Shown here: positions 63,901 through 64,000 of the stretch, in pieces
How the letters are laid out: the number at the start of each line of letters is the position of its first letter
How positions within the stretch are numbered: position 1 is the stretch's first letter
From: Pavona decussata
Taxonomy: Eukaryota
Reading direction: 5' to 3'
NCBI GenBank assembly: GCA_977016875.1
Contig: CDRNST010000067.1
Coordinates: 558,001-622,000, forward strand
Length of the DNA: 64,000 nucleotides
Made by a program: the position numbers and the translations under genes
Notes under the pieces: generated by a model
The model's database searches: none
Seen by the model: the letters and a program-made list of their open reading frames with translations, nothing else
Told to the model about the DNA's origin: nothing

Positions 63901-64000
63901 GTTAAAGAAAACACATAAATCTTAGTTGTTTGTTACTTCTCATATTTCTTGCAAAGATACAGTGTGATTCTGTTTTGTAAGAGAGGTTACTCAACATGTG

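Overview
Eukaryotic DNA with spliceosomal introns, most likely from an anthozoan/coral-like marine invertebrate (inferred from the tRNA-SINE, MITE families and a CTHRC1-like gene). No intact host gene is evident. The 64 kb is almost entirely a deeply nested, decaying mosaic of mobile elements. Retroelements: CR1/L2-like and L1/Tx1-like LINE 3' ends, a Bel/Pao LTR element split by about 7 kb of inserts, a solo LTR, Penelope, DIRS and a tRNA-SINE. DNA elements: a Polinton/Maverick-type pPolB remnant, two Academ-type transposases and two RecQ-helicase (AcademH-type) genes, Kolobok, a KDZ/CxC-like transposase, pogo, PIF/Harbinger, a near-intact ISL2EU-type element (THAP-DDE plus YqaJ nuclease), a Sola-like family with TGTGACC termini, and many MITEs. 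Main highlights: (1) a spliced Academ-like transposase with a RAG1-N-terminal-like zinc-binding module; (2) a strong minus-strand bias of TE coding remnants, resembling a uni-strand piRNA 'trap' cluster; (3) an AcademH-like element with a second, internal copy of its terminus; (4) an intronless CTHRC1-like gene split by two nested transposons. All family calls come from reading motifs by eye, not from database searches.
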